Virus record (IMG/VR): IMGVR_UViG_3300035459_000118
Location: 1 to 64,000 of that record
Strand: one strand, 5' to 3'
From: a virus
DNA: 64,000 nucleotides
In this document: one piece after another, positions 38,602 through 49,452 of the stretch
Numbering within the stretch: the first letter of the stretch is position 1
How the letters are laid out: every line of letters starts with the position of its first letter
Translations under genes and position numbers: made by a program
Notes under the pieces: model-generated
Database searches by the model: none
Told to the model about the DNA's origin: nothing
The model's input: only the letters and a program-made list of their open reading frames with translations

Positions 38602-40173
38602 ATGTCATTATTAAAGCGCAGGGTGGTCGATGTCTCCGCCGAGGAGGATATGTTAACGGGGATGATCGTCAGTGATACTTTTTGTCGCGATGTAGCAAAG
38701 TTGGTCAGTCCATACACTATAGAAACACCATACATCGCACGAATTATCAAATGGTGCCAAGAATATTATTACAAGCATAAAGAAGCTCCTGGGATGCTCA
38801 TCCAGAACATCTTCAATGCTGAAAAGGATAAGATTGATCCAGCCGAACAAGAAGCTATTTCAGGCATCCTCGTCAAATTGTCCGAACAATATGCCACTTC
38901 AGAAATTAACGTCGATTACTTCAAGGATCGTGCAATGGAGCTTATTCGTTCCAGGGCACAAAAATATGCAGCAACACAAATCCTCTCTCTTAATGAGATT
39001 GGCAAAACAAAAGAAGCAGAAATTATCTTCAAGGAATATCACACAATATCAATAGAAACTTCTGGCTGGGAAGACCCATTCAATCCTGCCGTTATTCGAA
39101 ATCACTTTGTTGATGAGCAACTCCGCAAAAGCTATCTTTTCCAACTAAAAGGGGAAGTAGGGAAATTTATTGGCCCTTTTGAACGCAACTGGTTAGTAGC
39201 ATTCATGGCTCCAGTCAAAAGAGGTAAAACATTTTGGCTTATAGAATTGGCACTGCAAGCAGTCTTTATGGGGAGGAGGGTCATTTTCATCTCACTTGAA
39301 ATGAACCTGGAAAGAGTAAGAAGAAGGTTTTACAAACGGTTGACCTCAATGGTCAACGAAACCCTTGATTATATTTTCCCTGTATTTGATTGCTTAAAAA
39401 ATCAGGACAATACTTGTAATAAAAAAGAGAGAGCAATTGATATGAGATTGCTTGATTCAGAAGGTAAAAAACCAATCTACACTAGAGAGCTAAAATACAA
39501 AGCATGTGAAGCTTGCCGAGGAACAAAAGATTTTATCCCAGCTACTTGGTTCACAACCAACAAAGTCGAAAAGATGAAAACCCAGAAAGCAATAAAACTA
39601 CTCGATGCTCAAGCCAAACATTTTGGTTACAATACGAATTTTGGGAGCAACATCAGGACTCTTGCTTATCCGGCATTTTCTGCCAATCTTAGCCGGGTAA
39701 AAAGGGATATAATGAATCTGGTTGAATCCGGACATTTTATTCCAGATGTTATCGTAATCGATTATGCTGACATTCTTGCTCCAGAGGATTCCAGGATTAT
39801 TGGTCGAGAACGAATAGATCAAACCTGGAAATCCTTGAAAGGAATAAGCGATGAAATGCATTGCATGGTTGCAACAGCCAGTCAATCAAACCGTGGTTCT
39901 TTTGAAAAAAAGAACGTGGTTCAGACTGATGCGTCTGAAGATATCCGTAAACTTGCTAATAGCGATTTATTTTTAGCAATAAATCAGACCCCACAAGAAA
40001 AGAAAGACAGCATAACAAGAATCTCAAGAATCGCTTGTCGCGATGAAAATTTTGATCAGTACGAGGGGGCAATCGTGTTGCAACAACTTGCCCTTGGTCA
40101 AATTTGCCTTGATAGTTATATGGATAGGCCTACTACGGTATCGCAAATTTCTTATGAAGATTTTTTTGTATAA
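38602..40173 (+). CDS. Replicative DnaB-like helicase
   Basis: APVKRGKT, SLEM, IDYAD, TASQ. Confidence 0.9.
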   Translation: MSLLKRRVVDVSAEEDMLTGMIVSDTFCRDVAKLVSPYTIETPYIARIIKWCQEYYYKHKEAPGMLIQNIFNAEKDKIDPAEQEAISGILVKLSEQYATSEINVDYFKDRAMELIRSRAQKYAATQILSLNEIGKTKEAEIIFKEYHTISIETSGWEDPFNPAVIRNHFVDEQLRKSYLFQLKGEVGKFIGPFERNWLVAFMAPVKRGKTFWLIELALQAVFMGRRVIFISLEMNLERVRRRFYKRLTSMVNETLDYIFPVFDCLKNQDNTCNKKERAIDMRLLDSEGKKPIYTRELKYKACEACRGTKDFIPATWFTTNKVEKMKTQKAIKLLDAQAKHFGYNTNFGSNIRTLAYPAFSANLSRVKRDIMNLVESGHFIPDVIVIDYADILAPEDSRIIGRERIDQTWKSLKGISDEMHCMVATASQSNRGSFEKKNVVQTDASEDIRKLANSDLFLAINQTPQEKKDSITRISRIACRDENFDQYEGAIVLQQLALGQICLDSYMDRPTTVSQISYEDFFV

Positions 40174-40186
40174 ATCTTCAACAATT

Positions 40187-40205
40187 CATTAAAGAGGGGT
40201 ATAAT
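40187..40205 (+). promoter_or_regulatory. Class B promoter-like motif
   Basis: cattaaagaggggtataat. Confidence 0.65.
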
Positions 40206-40272
40206 CATAATACAGAGGATTGGGAGTTACCCAAAATAAAAAATAGAAGAACAAAATGAAAGGAGAAAGAAG

Positions 40273-40869
40273 ATGGAAAAGGCAAGATTGATCGAGGGAG
40301 TTACCACACTGAACGCAGCGGAGTACGAAGTCGATGGGAAGAAACTGCCCATCATTACCGAAAAGATCAAGTACGTCGCCGTCAAGCTGGAAAAGATCGA
40401 AGCGGCATTCAAAGCGGCATGTGAAGGCGTCGCCGGCAAACCCCAGGAGGAATTCGTTCCTCAGCTCGTCGTCGACGTGTACAATGAATTGGTCGAACCC
40501 GCTGCTGCATCTGCCGAGGCCGAAGCAGCTGCTGCCGCCACTACCGAGACAACCGCAACAGAGGCTGCCGGAACCAAAGCCGAGGAAAAGAAGGCAGACA
40601 CCAAGGCAGATGCCAAGAAAAAGGCTCCCCCGGCTCGGGCAAAGGATGCCTTCGGCAACGCCATCGGTTCCATGACCGGTGAAATCGCTGCTGCCCTGGT
40701 CACCGGAGCGAAAAAGGAAGACATCGTCAAAACCCTGATGACCAAATTCGGCCGGACCCAGGAAAAAGCAGAGGCGTACCTCAAGGGATGCCTCAAGTCG
40801 TGGAAGGAACGAGGATTCCAGATCACGGTAAAAGACGAAGTCTACACCATGGCTCTCCCCAAGAAATAA
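40273..40869 (+). CDS. Ala/Lys-rich protein with probable C-terminal winged helix (DNA-binding)
   Basis: Low-complexity linker, KDAFG...LK..KERG...; own promoter and downstream hairpin. Confidence 0.45.
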   Translation: MEKARLIEGVTTLNAAEYEVDGKKLPIITEKIKYVAVKLEKIEAAFKAACEGVAGKPQEEFVPQLVVDVYNELVEPAAASAEAEAAAAATTETTATEAAGTKAEEKKADTKADAKKKAPPARAKDAFGNAIGSMTGEIAAALVTGAKKEDIVKTLMTKFGRTQEKAEAYLKGCLKSWKERGFQITVKDEVYTMALPKK

Positions 40870-40899
40870 CATCACGGGGGACTGGGTTTTTCTATCAAC

Positions 40900-40933
40900 T
40901 TTCCGGGTCGGGAACCTTCTCCGACCCGGAAAA
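40900..40933 (+). terminator. Hairpin terminator-like element
   Basis: ttccgggtcgg...ccgacccggaa. Confidence 0.55.
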
Positions 40934-41021
40934 GATAATTCCACTCAGGGGAAATCTGCCCTGTTCAACAGTGTAAAGCAACCTACAACTCAATAAGAGA
41001 AAGAAAGGAGGAATACCACCA

Positions 41022-41771
41022 TTGAAAACCGAAGGGGCAACTATCTCTCACCTTCTGAAGAAGGTTTACCTCGGCGGGATCGTGGAAGAAGCGATCGTAG
41101 ACTTTGGAGCCAACACAGTCCAGGCTGTCGATCCGACCAATTCCGTTTTTCTTAAGGTGTCAGAAAAACCTTCGGGGGACGGCATCGGCAGGGTTGGGAT
41201 TGGAAGCCCAACCCTTTCCATGATCATCAAGCATTTTGATGCAATCAAAGGCGAGATTGCCATCACCCACGAAAACAATCGCCTGGTCGTAGGGGCAAAA
41301 GGTCGAGGAGAGGTAAGGTACCTCACCGTCAAAGAAGAATTCGTAGCCAGTGCTGTCGCTGAGGACAACATTGGCGCACTCGTTGACCCCTGCATACTCA
41401 CAGCCACATTGCCGGCACAGTCCTGCTCCGATTTCATGGCCTACATGGCTTTGGTAAAAACCAAGTCTGCCAAGTTCCGCTATTCCCAAAAAACCAAGAC
41501 CGTTCATATCGAAAGTGGGCTGGAAAGCGAACACCAGTTTAATGTCCCGGTCGGAGCGGCAGAATTACTGACCGATGATAAACCCGAAGACTTCTCTGTT
41601 ATGGTTTACGGCAGCCATATTGACCAGATCTTCGGTGTTCTGGAATGGTCGGAAAAAGAAAAACCAGCCATCCTCATGGCTCCGAACCATCCCTTGCTCA
41701 TCGTTCAGAATGACGAAAACATTTGGGCTTGCCTCCCGTTGACGGAGTCGGCCGAAGAACAACAATCGTAA
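41022..41771 (+). CDS. Sliding clamp (gp45/PCNA-like)
   Basis: About 250 aa with two beta-rich domains, QAVDPTNSVF; directly upstream of the clamp loader. Confidence 0.6.
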   Translation: MKTEGATISHLLKKVYLGGIVEEAIVDFGANTVQAVDPTNSVFLKVSEKPSGDGIGRVGIGSPTLSMIIKHFDAIKGEIAITHENNRLVVGAKGRGEVRYLTVKEEFVASAVAEDNIGALVDPCILTATLPAQSCSDFMAYMALVKTKSAKFRYSQKTKTVHIESGLESEHQFNVPVGAAELLTDDKPEDFSVMVYGSHIDQIFGVLEWSEKEKPAILMAPNHPLLIVQNDENIWACLPLTESAEEQQS

Positions 41772-41794
41772 GGAAACCGGCAGGAGCTGAGCGT

Positions 41795-42739
41795 ATGCAA
41801 TCGAATCTCTCGCAGTTTATCTGGTACGAAAAACACCGCCCATCAATGCTGGACGAAATGACTCTTCCCGTCCAGTATCGTCGCGCTTTCGAAGGTTACC
41901 TGAAAGAAGGGAATCTTCCGCACTTGTTGTTTCATGGTCCCCAGGGTAGCGGGAAAACCACGTTGGCCTTCGTTCTCATGAACAACATCGACTGCGTGCG
42001 GATGATTTTGAACGCTTCGTCGAGCGACCGTGGCGTTGAAACCATGCGAGGAAAAGTGAAGCAATTTGCCTCAAGCCGAACAGTTGACGGCTCTCTGAAA
42101 ATCGTGTTTTTTGACGAGAGCGACGGTCTGACTCCTCAGGCACAAGAGGCGCTGCGAAACACTATCGAAACATATGCCCAGACCTGCCGGTTTATTTTCA
42201 CCTGTAACGAGATCGACCGTATCATTGGTCCACTTCAATCTCGTTTTACCATTTTTGAATTCTCGGCGTTTCCACTTGATCAGGTTATTCAACAAGCTGA
42301 AAAGATCTTGGTCAAGGAACGCATCGAATATGATATAGAAAGCGTCAAAAAAATTGTCAACCAGCATTATCCAGATGTAAGAGCAATAATTAATAATCTC
42401 CAGTTATGTTCATCTGGAGGCGATTTAAATCCCGAAACAGTTTCCAAAACAACCGTTGACCCGGCGTTGTTGCTTGATTGCATTGCCAACGGGGAAGTTG
42501 CAAAGATACGGAAAATGCTCGTTGGGATGTCAAACTTCGTATTCGTCTACCGTTACCTGTTTGATACTCTATTGATGTGTGACGACCTCACACAAGAGCA
42601 AAAGATAGAAATAACCCACGCCTTGGCCGAAGGGCTTTACCGTGACGCGCTGGTTGCCAATCGGGAAATCAATTTCATCGACTGTGTTATAAACATTATG
42701 GGGATTATTAAATGCCCCACCATTTCATTTTTGGGATGA
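41795..42739 (+). CDS. Clamp loader ATPase subunit (RFC-small/gp44-like)
   Basis: WYEKHRP, GPQGSGKTT, LNASSDRG, DESD, LQSRF. Confidence 0.95.
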   Translation: MQSNLSQFIWYEKHRPSMLDEMTLPVQYRRAFEGYLKEGNLPHLLFHGPQGSGKTTLAFVLMNNIDCVRMILNASSSDRGVETMRGKVKQFASSRTVDGSLKIVFFDESDGLTPQAQEALRNTIETYAQTCRFIFTCNEIDRIIGPLQSRFTIFEFSAFPLDQVIQQAEKILVKERIEYDIESVKKIVNQHYPDVRAIINNLQLCSSGGDLNPETVSKTTVDPALLLDCIANGEVAKIRKMLVGMSNFVFVYRYLFDTLLMCDDLTQEQKIEITHALAEGLYRDALVANREINFIDCVINIMGIIKCPTISFLG

Positions 42740-42743
42740 ACAA

Positions 42744-43181
42744 ATGCCCCTTGACCTTTTTGGTTTCATAGAAAATTTGTTTTCTAAAAAGCAATTCATA
42801 GATTCCAGGGAGCCGTATAAAGAGACCTATATGGCGATAAAGTTTTTGTCGCTATATCCCGGGACATTTATAATTGCTGCCGTTGCCAACCGGCTTTCCT
42901 CAAAGATACCGGCTTGGGCAACTAATGTCTTTTTATTCAACACGATCAAGAAACAAAGGCCTCCTCATTTTCAGTATCCAAAGGCAGAAGAGAAAGAAAA
43001 ACAGAAATGGCCCAAAGAAGCCATTCAAAAAATATGTAACAAGTTTTGTTGTTCCGAAGAACATGCTATACAAATTTTGCAAATTTTATCAATGAAGGAT
43101 CATCAAATTCTTGAATCTCTTGGCATAGGGCCAGAAGGAGAAAAGAAAAGTGGCAACAAAAAGAATCGAAGAGTTCCTTAG
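42744..43181 (+). CDS. Clamp loader small subunit (gp62-like)
   Basis: LFGFIENL..K...YMAIKFLS...N; follows the gp44-like gene. Confidence 0.65.
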   Translation: MPLDLFGFIENLFSKKQFIDSREPYKETYMAIKFLSLYPGTFIIAAVANRLSSKIPAWATNVFLFNTIKKQRPPHFQYPKAEEKEKQKWPKEAIQKICNKFCCSEEHAIQILQILSMKDHQILESLGIGPEGEKKSGNKKNRRVP

Positions 43182-43638
43182 TAAAGGTGCAAAGCCGGAC
43201 CCGGTCAGGCAATTTGAAAAGCTTTCCGCCGGCAAAAATAAAGAAGAAGTTCGAGAACTGGAAATGGCGATGCTTACTCCAGAACCAATTCCACAATACG
43301 TCGGCGAAGAACAACGGTATATCATGAACAGCGAATTTACCGTGAAAATGGTCTTTGCCTCACAAGAGGACATGGACTTCTTTGGTCGATTCATACCAAT
43401 TGCCAACTATATGGAAAAATCTATAACCGACCTCAAGATCATGTTCGACCTTTTCCGTTCTATAGATGCCGGCAAAATTTCTTATGATAAAAAGACCGGA
43501 GTTTTTCAAATAGAAGCAGAAAAGTCAATAGAGTTACCAAAACTCCCCACCCCTCCATCTGCAAGAACAATTATTGAAGGAGTAAAAATCATTGGAAACG
43601 ACACAACAACACCCATTAAACGATTCTTCCGCCGTTAA
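43150..43638 (+). CDS. Hypothetical protein heading the modification cluster, PIP-like C-terminus
   Basis: Ends TTPIKRFFRR. Confidence 0.55.
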   Translation: MATKRIEEFLSKGAKPDPVRQFEKLSAGKNKEEVRELEMAMLTPEPIPQYVGEEQRYIMNSEFTVKMVFASQEDMDFFGRFIPIANYMEKSITDLKIMFDLFRSIDAGKISYDKKTGVFQIEAEKSIELPKLPTPPSARTIIEGVKIIGNDTTTPIKRFFRR

Positions 43639-43656
43639 ATAGAAAAGAATATAAAA

Positions 43657-44538
43657 ATGCCAAGACCCCATAAATATAAGAAAAGACAAAAAGACCTAGG
43701 TGGTCCTTGTCCAATTTGTGGAGAACCAAGGAAACTATATAAAAAGACTTGTTCAAAAGAATGCAGTTCTACCTTGAAGTCTAGAACTTTAAAGAAAATG
43801 TATGATTCTGGAGAATTAGATTTTTTAAAAGATATTCAAAAAATAGTTGGGACTGGGAACCTTGTCGCATTTAACAAAACAGAAAAAGGCAGAGAAAATG
43901 CTTCTGTTGCTTGCATAAAAAGAAATACAATCCATGGGAACCCTACAGAGAAAGAAACAATACGAATAAAGATAAGTTCTTCTAGAAAAGAAGGATTGGC
44001 TTCTGGAAGAATTCAAAATCCAATGTTAGATCCGATAAAAGCCAAAGAAGCTGGGAGAAAAAGAAAAGCTGCCTATGATTCTGGTGAAAAAGTTCACCAT
44101 ATGAAAAACCCCTTAGTGGTAAAAAAAGTAAGCGAATCTCTCAAAAAAGCCTATGCATTAGGGAAAATAACCCCAAATAGTGTTGTTTATCGGTGTCATT
44201 ACCATAGAGGTTGGTATGTTGATAAGAATGGTAATTTCCAATTTTATGCAAGCAATTGGGAATTTTTAAGAATGGAATTTTTAGATAGCTGTACAGATAT
44301 AAAATGGAGAAAAATTAGACAAGAATACCGAATCCCATATATCGATATGACAGGAGTACATAGAACCTATTTTCCGGACTTCGAGGTTCAATTTGGTGAT
44401 AAAATAATTATAGAAGAAATTGGAATTCATACAGAAGAAAAACAACATAAAATAAGATGTGCTAAGGAATATTTTAATAACAAAACAGAAATTTTTGTTG
44501 CTCTTGGAGGAAACCAATTAAATGAAAGAACTTGGTAA
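43657..44538 (+). CDS. Free-standing homing endonuclease (TnsA-like PD-(D/E)xK)
   Basis: NUMOD-like NPM repeats; YASNWE...IPY...RTYFPDF...IEE. Confidence 0.7.
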   Translation: MPRPHKYKKRQKDLGGPCPICGEPRKLYKKTCSKECSSTLKSRTLKKMYDSGELDFLKDIQKIVGTGNLVAFNKTEKGRENASVACIKRNTIHGNPTEKETIRIKISSSRKEGLASGRIQNPMLDPIKAKEAGRKRKAAYDSGEKVHHMKNPLVVKKVSESLKKAYALGKITPNSVVYRCHYHRGWYVDKNGNFQFYASNWEFLRMEFLDSCTDIKWRKIRQEYRIPYIDMTGVHRTYFPDFEVQFGDKIIIEEIGIHTEEKQHKIRCAKEYFNNKTEIFVALGGNQLNERTW

Positions 44539-45967
44539 AGATATTGACCCGCTGGAAATAGAAATCAGAACAACCGCACAACGATGGCTCAATAATAACA
44601 AGAACCTTTTAATTTCTGGAAGTGACTACCAAAGCCCAAGAATTAGCAGTGAAATCCCTGATTGCAGTATGCCGCTCAGCATGGATACGTATAAATTTTG
44701 TTCTCTAAGTTGTTGTTATTGTTTCAGTTTTTTCTTTAAAGCAAATAATCCAGCAATAAAAAATTCTGAAACAGGAATGGATCTTACCAGTATTAATGCA
44801 AAAAAATTTATAGCTGCAATTTCTGGAAAACCTATTGACAGTCGTGGAGCTATGATGCATAAGCTTTTCTATAACCGTAAATTTCTTTTACACATAGGAG
44901 GATTGGCTGATCCCTTCTGTAATTTCGAGGCAAAAAACGGAGTAGGCTATGAAATAATGAATGCTCTGGGTGATTTGAACTACCCCACTTTATTCTCTAC
45001 CAAAGGAGCCAATGTTGCATTAAGCAAAAAGTATACCGACCTCTTCGAAAGGTATGCCAAACAAAACAACTTCGCCTTTCAAGTCAGCATGGTGACCAAT
45101 GATAAAAACATGGCTTCCAGGGTAGAAATTGGAGTCCCATCCCCAGAACAAAGAATCGAATTGATTCGTCGATATAGTGCTATGGGGTATTGGACAATCC
45201 TCCGGTTACGACCTTATATTATTGGTATTACCGACGAGTCAATCGACAGTCTCCTGGAAGATGCTCTGGCAGCTGGCATCAATGCAATCAGCATGGAATT
45301 TTACGCTCTTGATGCAAGGGCTTCAGGGGAAGCCAAAAAACGCTACGATTGGCTCGGAAAGATCGTTGGCGCCAAGAACCTCATGGAATACTTCGCTCGA
45401 CTTTCTCCCGGTGAACGTGGGGGATATCGTCGGTTGAATCGTCTTGTCAAAGAAATCCATGTCAAGAAGGTCTACAAGTTCTGTATCGAACATGGCCTAG
45501 AGTTTGGTTGTTCAGACCCTGATTTCAAGGAACTCACCACGACCGGATCATGTTGCGGGATGCCAGACAAATACGAAAAGAATCATCTTCTGGAAAACTG
45601 GACCCGCCAGCAGATGACATTCCATCTTAAGGAAGCAAGAAGAATCTATCATTTAACCGGCAAATTGAATACTTTCCGGTTTACCCAGGTATACAAAGAC
45701 GAACCATATTTTGACTATCCTGGCCTAAGTCACGATCATGTTTGTGAAACAAGTATGTGCGCAGCCGACCGGGTAAACCTTACTTACCGTAGAATCCTAC
45801 GCAACTATTGGAATAATCTCCGTTCGTATGCTGCTCCCCAAAACTACTTTCATGGGAAAGTCATCGCTTGCGGGATGGATGAAAACAAAGATTTGATCTA
45901 TACGTATAATCCTATGCCGTATGAGAAACATTGGGCTGAAGAGGGGATTGACTTGAAAGGAAAGTAA
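44522..45967 (+). CDS. Radical SAM protein (spore photoproduct lyase-like)
   Basis: DTYKFCSLSCCYCF (CxxxCxxC), GGLADPF, STKG, PSPEQR, LRLRPYI, SCCG. Confidence 0.8.
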   Translation: MKELGKDIDPLEIEIRTTAQRWLNNNKNLLISGSDYQSPRISSEIPDCSMPLSMDTYKFCSLSCCYCFSFFFKANNPAIKNSETGMDLTSINAKKFIAAISGKPIDSRGAMMHKLFYNRKFLLHIGGLADPFCNFEAKNGVGYEIMNALGDLNYPTLFSTKGANVALSKKYTDLFERYAKQNNFAFQVSMVTNDKNMASRVEIGVPSPEQRIELIRRYSAMGYWTILRLRPYIIGITDESIDSLLEDALAAGINAISMEFYALDARASGEAKKRYDWLGKIVGAKNLMEYFARLSPGERGGYRRLNRLVKEIHVKKVYKFCIEHGLEFGCSDPDFKELTTTGSCCGMPDKYEKNHLLENWTRQQMTFHLKEARRIYHLTGKLNTFRFTQVYKDEPYFDYPGLSHDHVCETSMCAADRVNLTYRRILRNYWNNLRSYAAPQNYFHGKVIACGMDENKDLIYTYNPMPYEKHWAEEGIDLKGK

Positions 45968-46533
45968 TGAGTAAGTGCATTTTCATCGATACAGAAACTA
46001 CATCCGCCAATCCCGATAGGGGTGGGCTGATTCAACTTTCAGGGATCATTGAAATTGATGGCACAATAGCCGAAGAATTCGATATTCATACCAACATTTT
46101 CAAGAATGACGAAGTGACAGAAGAAGCCCTTCAAACAAATGGATACACATTGGAACAAATCTATGGCTTCTCCCATCCCAACAAGGCTTTTGTCGAATTT
46201 AGAAAGCTCCTCGAAAAATATGTTGACCCGTATAATAAGGCTGACAAATTCATTGCCCTGGCCTATGTTGCGAATTTTGACAATACAGTCCTAAGAGAAT
46301 GGTTTCGTAAAAACGGCTCCCAGTATTTTGGCAGTTATTTTTGGCACCCTTGGATTGATATATTCAATCTTGCGGCCTATTTATATCAAGACCAACGAGC
46401 GCAATTTGAGAATTTCAAAATGAAAACCGTTGCTGCTTATTTGGGAATTGAATGTGATCAAGAGCAATGCCATGGAGCACTTTACGACACGAAAATTGCC
46501 CGGCAAATATACTACAAATTAACGAGTCAATAG
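45967..46533 (+). CDS. DEDDh 3'-5' exonuclease (DnaQ-like)
   Basis: IDTETT, ANFD, HGALYD. Confidence 0.9.
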   Translation: MSKCIFIDTETTSANPDRGGLIQLSGIIEIDGTIAEEFDIHTNIFKNDEVTEEALQTNGYTLEQIYGFSHPNKAFVEFRKLLEKYVDPYNKADKFIALAYVANFDNTVLREWFRKNGSQYFGSYFWHPWIDIFNLAAYLYQDQRAQFENFKMKTVAAYLGIECDQEQCHGALYDTKIARQIYYKLTSQ

Positions 46534-46542
46534 GAGGAGAAA

Positions 46543-47640
46543 ATGGGAAACAAAAAAGTCAGGGTCGCTATCATCGGGGTTGGGAACTGCGCATCGTCAT
46601 TGGTGCAAGGTGTGCACTATTATCGGAATGCCAACGAAAAAGAAACAGTCCCAGGATTGATGCATGTCAACTTGGGAGGGTACCATGTGAACGACATCGA
46701 ATTTGTTGCAGCCATCGACGTTGCCGCAGCCAAAGTAGGCAAAGATCTTAACGAGGCGATCTTTGCCGGCGAGAATAATACGATTTGTTTTGACCAAGGA
46801 CTCGTCAATATCCCAAGCGGAGTTACCGTCCAGAGGGGAATGGTCCATGATGGCATTGGGCAGTATCTCAAGGAGGTCATCCCAATTGCTCCTGGGTCGA
46901 CCGAAGATATCGTTCAGCTGCTGAAAGACACCCATACCGATGTGGTCGTGAACTATTTGCCGGTCGGTTCCGAAGAAGGAACAAAATGGTATGTAGAACA
47001 AATCCTGCAAGCCGGTTGTGCCATGGTCAACTGCATTCCTGTTTTCATCGCCTCGGCACCGTTCTGGTCAAACAGGTTTAAGGCAAAAAATCTTCCCATT
47101 GTGGGGGATGACATCAAATCGCAGGTCGGAGCGACAATTACGCACCGGGTATTATCGTCTCTGTTTCAGGCTCGGGGAGTCCGCCTTGACCAAACATACC
47201 AACTAAACTTTGGTGGCAATACGGATTTCCTCAATATGCTGGAACGTGGCAGGCTGGAGTCAAAGAAGATTTCCAAGACCAGTTCAGTCCAGTCTACTAT
47301 GGAAAAGGAATTGAACTGTAACGATATTCATGTCGGTCCTTCAGACTATGTTCCGTTCCTCACCGACCGTAAGTTCTGTTACATCCTCATGGAAGGAACC
47401 ACGTTCGGCAATGTTCCCCTGAAGCTCGAACTCAAGCTCGAAGTCTGGGACAGCCCCAACAGTGCCGGCGTCGTGATTGATGCCGTCAGGTGTGCAAAAT
47501 TGGCTTTTGACAATGGGGTGTCAGGAGCCTTGAAATTACCCTCGGCCTATTTCATGAAACACCCAGCCGAGCAAATCGAGGATACCATTGCGAAGCTGAA
47601 GCTGGAAGAATGGATCAAAATGATTGGAGAAAAGGAATGA
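46543..47640 (+). CDS. ino1: myo-inositol-1-phosphate synthase
   Basis: [62 protein letters not shown]. Confidence 0.97.
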   Translation: MGNKKVRVAIIGVGNCASSLVQGVHYYRNANEKETVPGLMHVNLGGYHVNDIEFVAAIDVAAAKVGKDLNEAIFAGENNTICFDQGLVNIPSGVTVQRGMVHDGIGQYLKEVIPIAPGSTEDIVQLLKDTHTDVVVNYLPVGSEEGTKWYVEQILQAGCAMVNCIPVFIASAPFWSNRFKAKNLPIVGDDIKSQVGATITHRVLSSLFQARGVRLDQTYQLNFGGNTDFLNMLERGRLESKKISKTSSVQSTMEKELNCNDIHVGPSDYVPFLTDRKFCYILMEGTTFGNVPLKLELKLEVWDSPNSAGVVIDAVRCAKLAFDNGVSGALKLPSAYFMKHPAEQIEDTIAKLKLEEWIKMIGEKE

Positions 47641-48341
47641 AAACAATACCAGGATTTGAGTTTCGGGAAGATTCTAATGCAGACATACGAGCCTTTTCCG
47701 AAGCTCGACATGACTGGAAATTGTTTACGTTCCCTGGAGAGGCAAGGGTCTTGGACTTGGGTGCCCATATAGGGATATTTGCCTATTTTGCGGCACCCAA
47801 TTGCCGTAAACTCTTGTGTGTAGAACCATCACGAGAATCGTTCAATATCCTCGAACGCAATGCCAAGCTGATAAAAACCGTATTCCCAGCAGTGGAAATA
47901 GAAACACTTCCCGCTGCAGTGGTTCAAAGCGAATTGAACGGACAAAAAGTCCAGCTTTACCAAAAGAAAAATTCCGAAACCAGCGACACCCTCCTCCCAA
48001 CTAGGGGGAGGGTCGGAAGTTCAACCATGGGGGTAGGCATCCTGGAACTCTGCAAAAGGTTCCTCCCCACCACAATCAAATGTGACATAGAATGTTCCGA
48101 ATACAATGTCATCCCAGAAATCCTGTCATTCTCAAGCATACTGGAAATTGGGATTGAATTCCACCGGCTCCAACAGGGAGACAACTTGGAAAGGGCTAAA
48201 GCCATTTCCGAAGCCATCATCAATAACTGGGGAGGAGGCCATGTTATTATTAAACCTCCTGTTTTTGACAAAAAATATTGGAATACTGTAGCCATATACA
48301 GGCGTAACCTTTCCTCAAGATTCAGGAAGAACAATGGATAA
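47637..48341 (+). CDS. FkbM-family SAM methyltransferase
   Basis: [26 protein letters not shown]. Confidence 0.85.
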   Translation: MKTIPGFEFREDSNADIRAFSEARHDWKLFTFPGEARVLDLGAHIGIFAYFAAPNCRKLLCVEPSRESFNILERNAKLIKTVFPAVEIETLPAAVVQSELNGQKVQLYQKKNSETSDTLLPTRGRVGSSTMGVGILELCKRFLPTTIKCDIECSEYNVIPEILSFSSILEIGIEFHRLQQGDNLERAKAISEAIINNWGGGHVIIKPPVFDKKYWNTVAIYRRNLSSRFRKNNG

Positions 48342-49452
48342 ATCCGTCGAAAGCGTCAGGAAAATTGCCGCCGAAGCCGATCAATGGAAGAACTTTGCCG
48401 ATTTTTGTCGACTTGAAATGGCGGTAGGTGGGCCAGACCCTCACATGAAGTTGACCGCAGCAATGTGCAATCTAGATTCGTGTCCCTGGTCAGAAAAGGC
48501 ATGGAGGGGACTTTGTTACCTTGGAGTTTACAATGTTCCCACCGCCGAGCAAATATGGAATGCGTGGCACTTTGAGCGATCTATCATTGAGAGGGAAGAA
48601 TTTCTTCCTTGGTTTACCAAACACTGGCAAGGGATTGCGCTCCGTCGGGAGCGTAAAAGTGCCCGTAGCCCAATCAAGATGGCAAAGTATTTTGAAACCG
48701 CTTCTGCTTGGCTTTCTGAAGCACTCCTTGATAAAAAAGAAGGGATCGGATGGATCGGAGGGATGAAAGATTTATCCCCTTTTGACCGTTACGAATTTGC
48801 CTGGGAGAATGTCCAGCAAATATACTCGATGGGTCGCTACATTGCTTTCAAGTATCTTCAGTATGGGATGCAATATCTTGATTTCCCTATCAATCTGCAA
48901 GATATCCGAGCAAAAGGAGGATGGTCTCCTCGTGCCATGTTGGCAATTCTTTGGCCAGATCAGGCAGTTCCTATCCTGGGAGGGGATTCTCCAGAAGAAA
49001 TTGCAGTTGTTGATACGTATGCTGCGAAAACAAAAGCATATTTATTAGAAGGGTATGGAGTAGACCTCTCTTGGTATAATTTGCAGGTCTTGCTATGCGA
49101 CTACAAACAATGCTATGTTGGGAAAAGGCAATTCCCAGGGAGAAGTCAAGATAGTGAAATTGCCTATGCCAAGAAGATTGAAGATTATTGGGGAGGCGAT
49201 ACAATTATGTGGGAGGCTCGCTCCATGATCTTTCCTCATCAAGCCCTAGGAGAAATGAATGGTTGGTATTCTGTCCGTGAAGAATTAGGCAAGGTCCTTT
49301 ACGACCATGGATATATGTGGTCTGATCTGATTTACGATTACAATCTTTCAAAAACCCGTCTTGCTACTCCAGTGAAACACGGGGAGAAGCCAGGGAAAAG
49401 TCAAAAAACCCTAGCCTGGGAGTCAGGATTCGGGAGGTTTTTTAAAAAGTGA
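48334..49452 (+). CDS. aGPT-PPlase clade 2 / amino acid:DNA transferase-like base-modification enzyme
   Basis: GGPDP, RRER, MGRYIAFK, LLCDYK...FPGR motifs resembling this HhH-glycosylase-fold family; adjacent P-loop kinase. Confidence 0.65.
   Translation: MDKSVESVRKIAAEADQWKNFADFCRLEMAVGGPDPHMKLTAAMCNLDSCPWSEKAWRGLCYLGVYNVPTAEQIWNAWHFERSIIEREEFLPWFTKHWQGIALRRERKSARSPIKMAKYFETASAWLSEALLDKKEGIGWIGGMKDLSPFDRYEFAWENVQQIYSMGRYIAFKYLQYGMQYLDFPINLQDIRAKGGWSPRAMLAILWPDQAVPILGGDSPEEIAVVDTYAAKTKAYLLEGYGVDLSWYNLQVLLCDYKQCYVGKRQFPGRSQDSEIAYAKKIEDYWGGDTIMWEARSMIFPHQALGEMNGWYSVREELGKVLYDHGYMWSDLIYDYNLSKTRLATPVKHGEKPGKSQKTLAWESGFGRFFKK

Noticed and set aside
43657-44538. Group I intron or intein interrupting the radical SAM gene
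   Set aside because: Flanking genes look complete, there is no space for an intron core, and no intein termini are present; treated as a free-standing endonuclease.
46543-47640. ino1 as a simple auxiliary metabolic gene for lipids, mycothiol or compatible solutes
   Set aside because: Not excluded, but disfavoured: no CDP-alcohol transferase or glycosyltransferase is nearby, and the gene is translationally coupled to DNA-modification genes.
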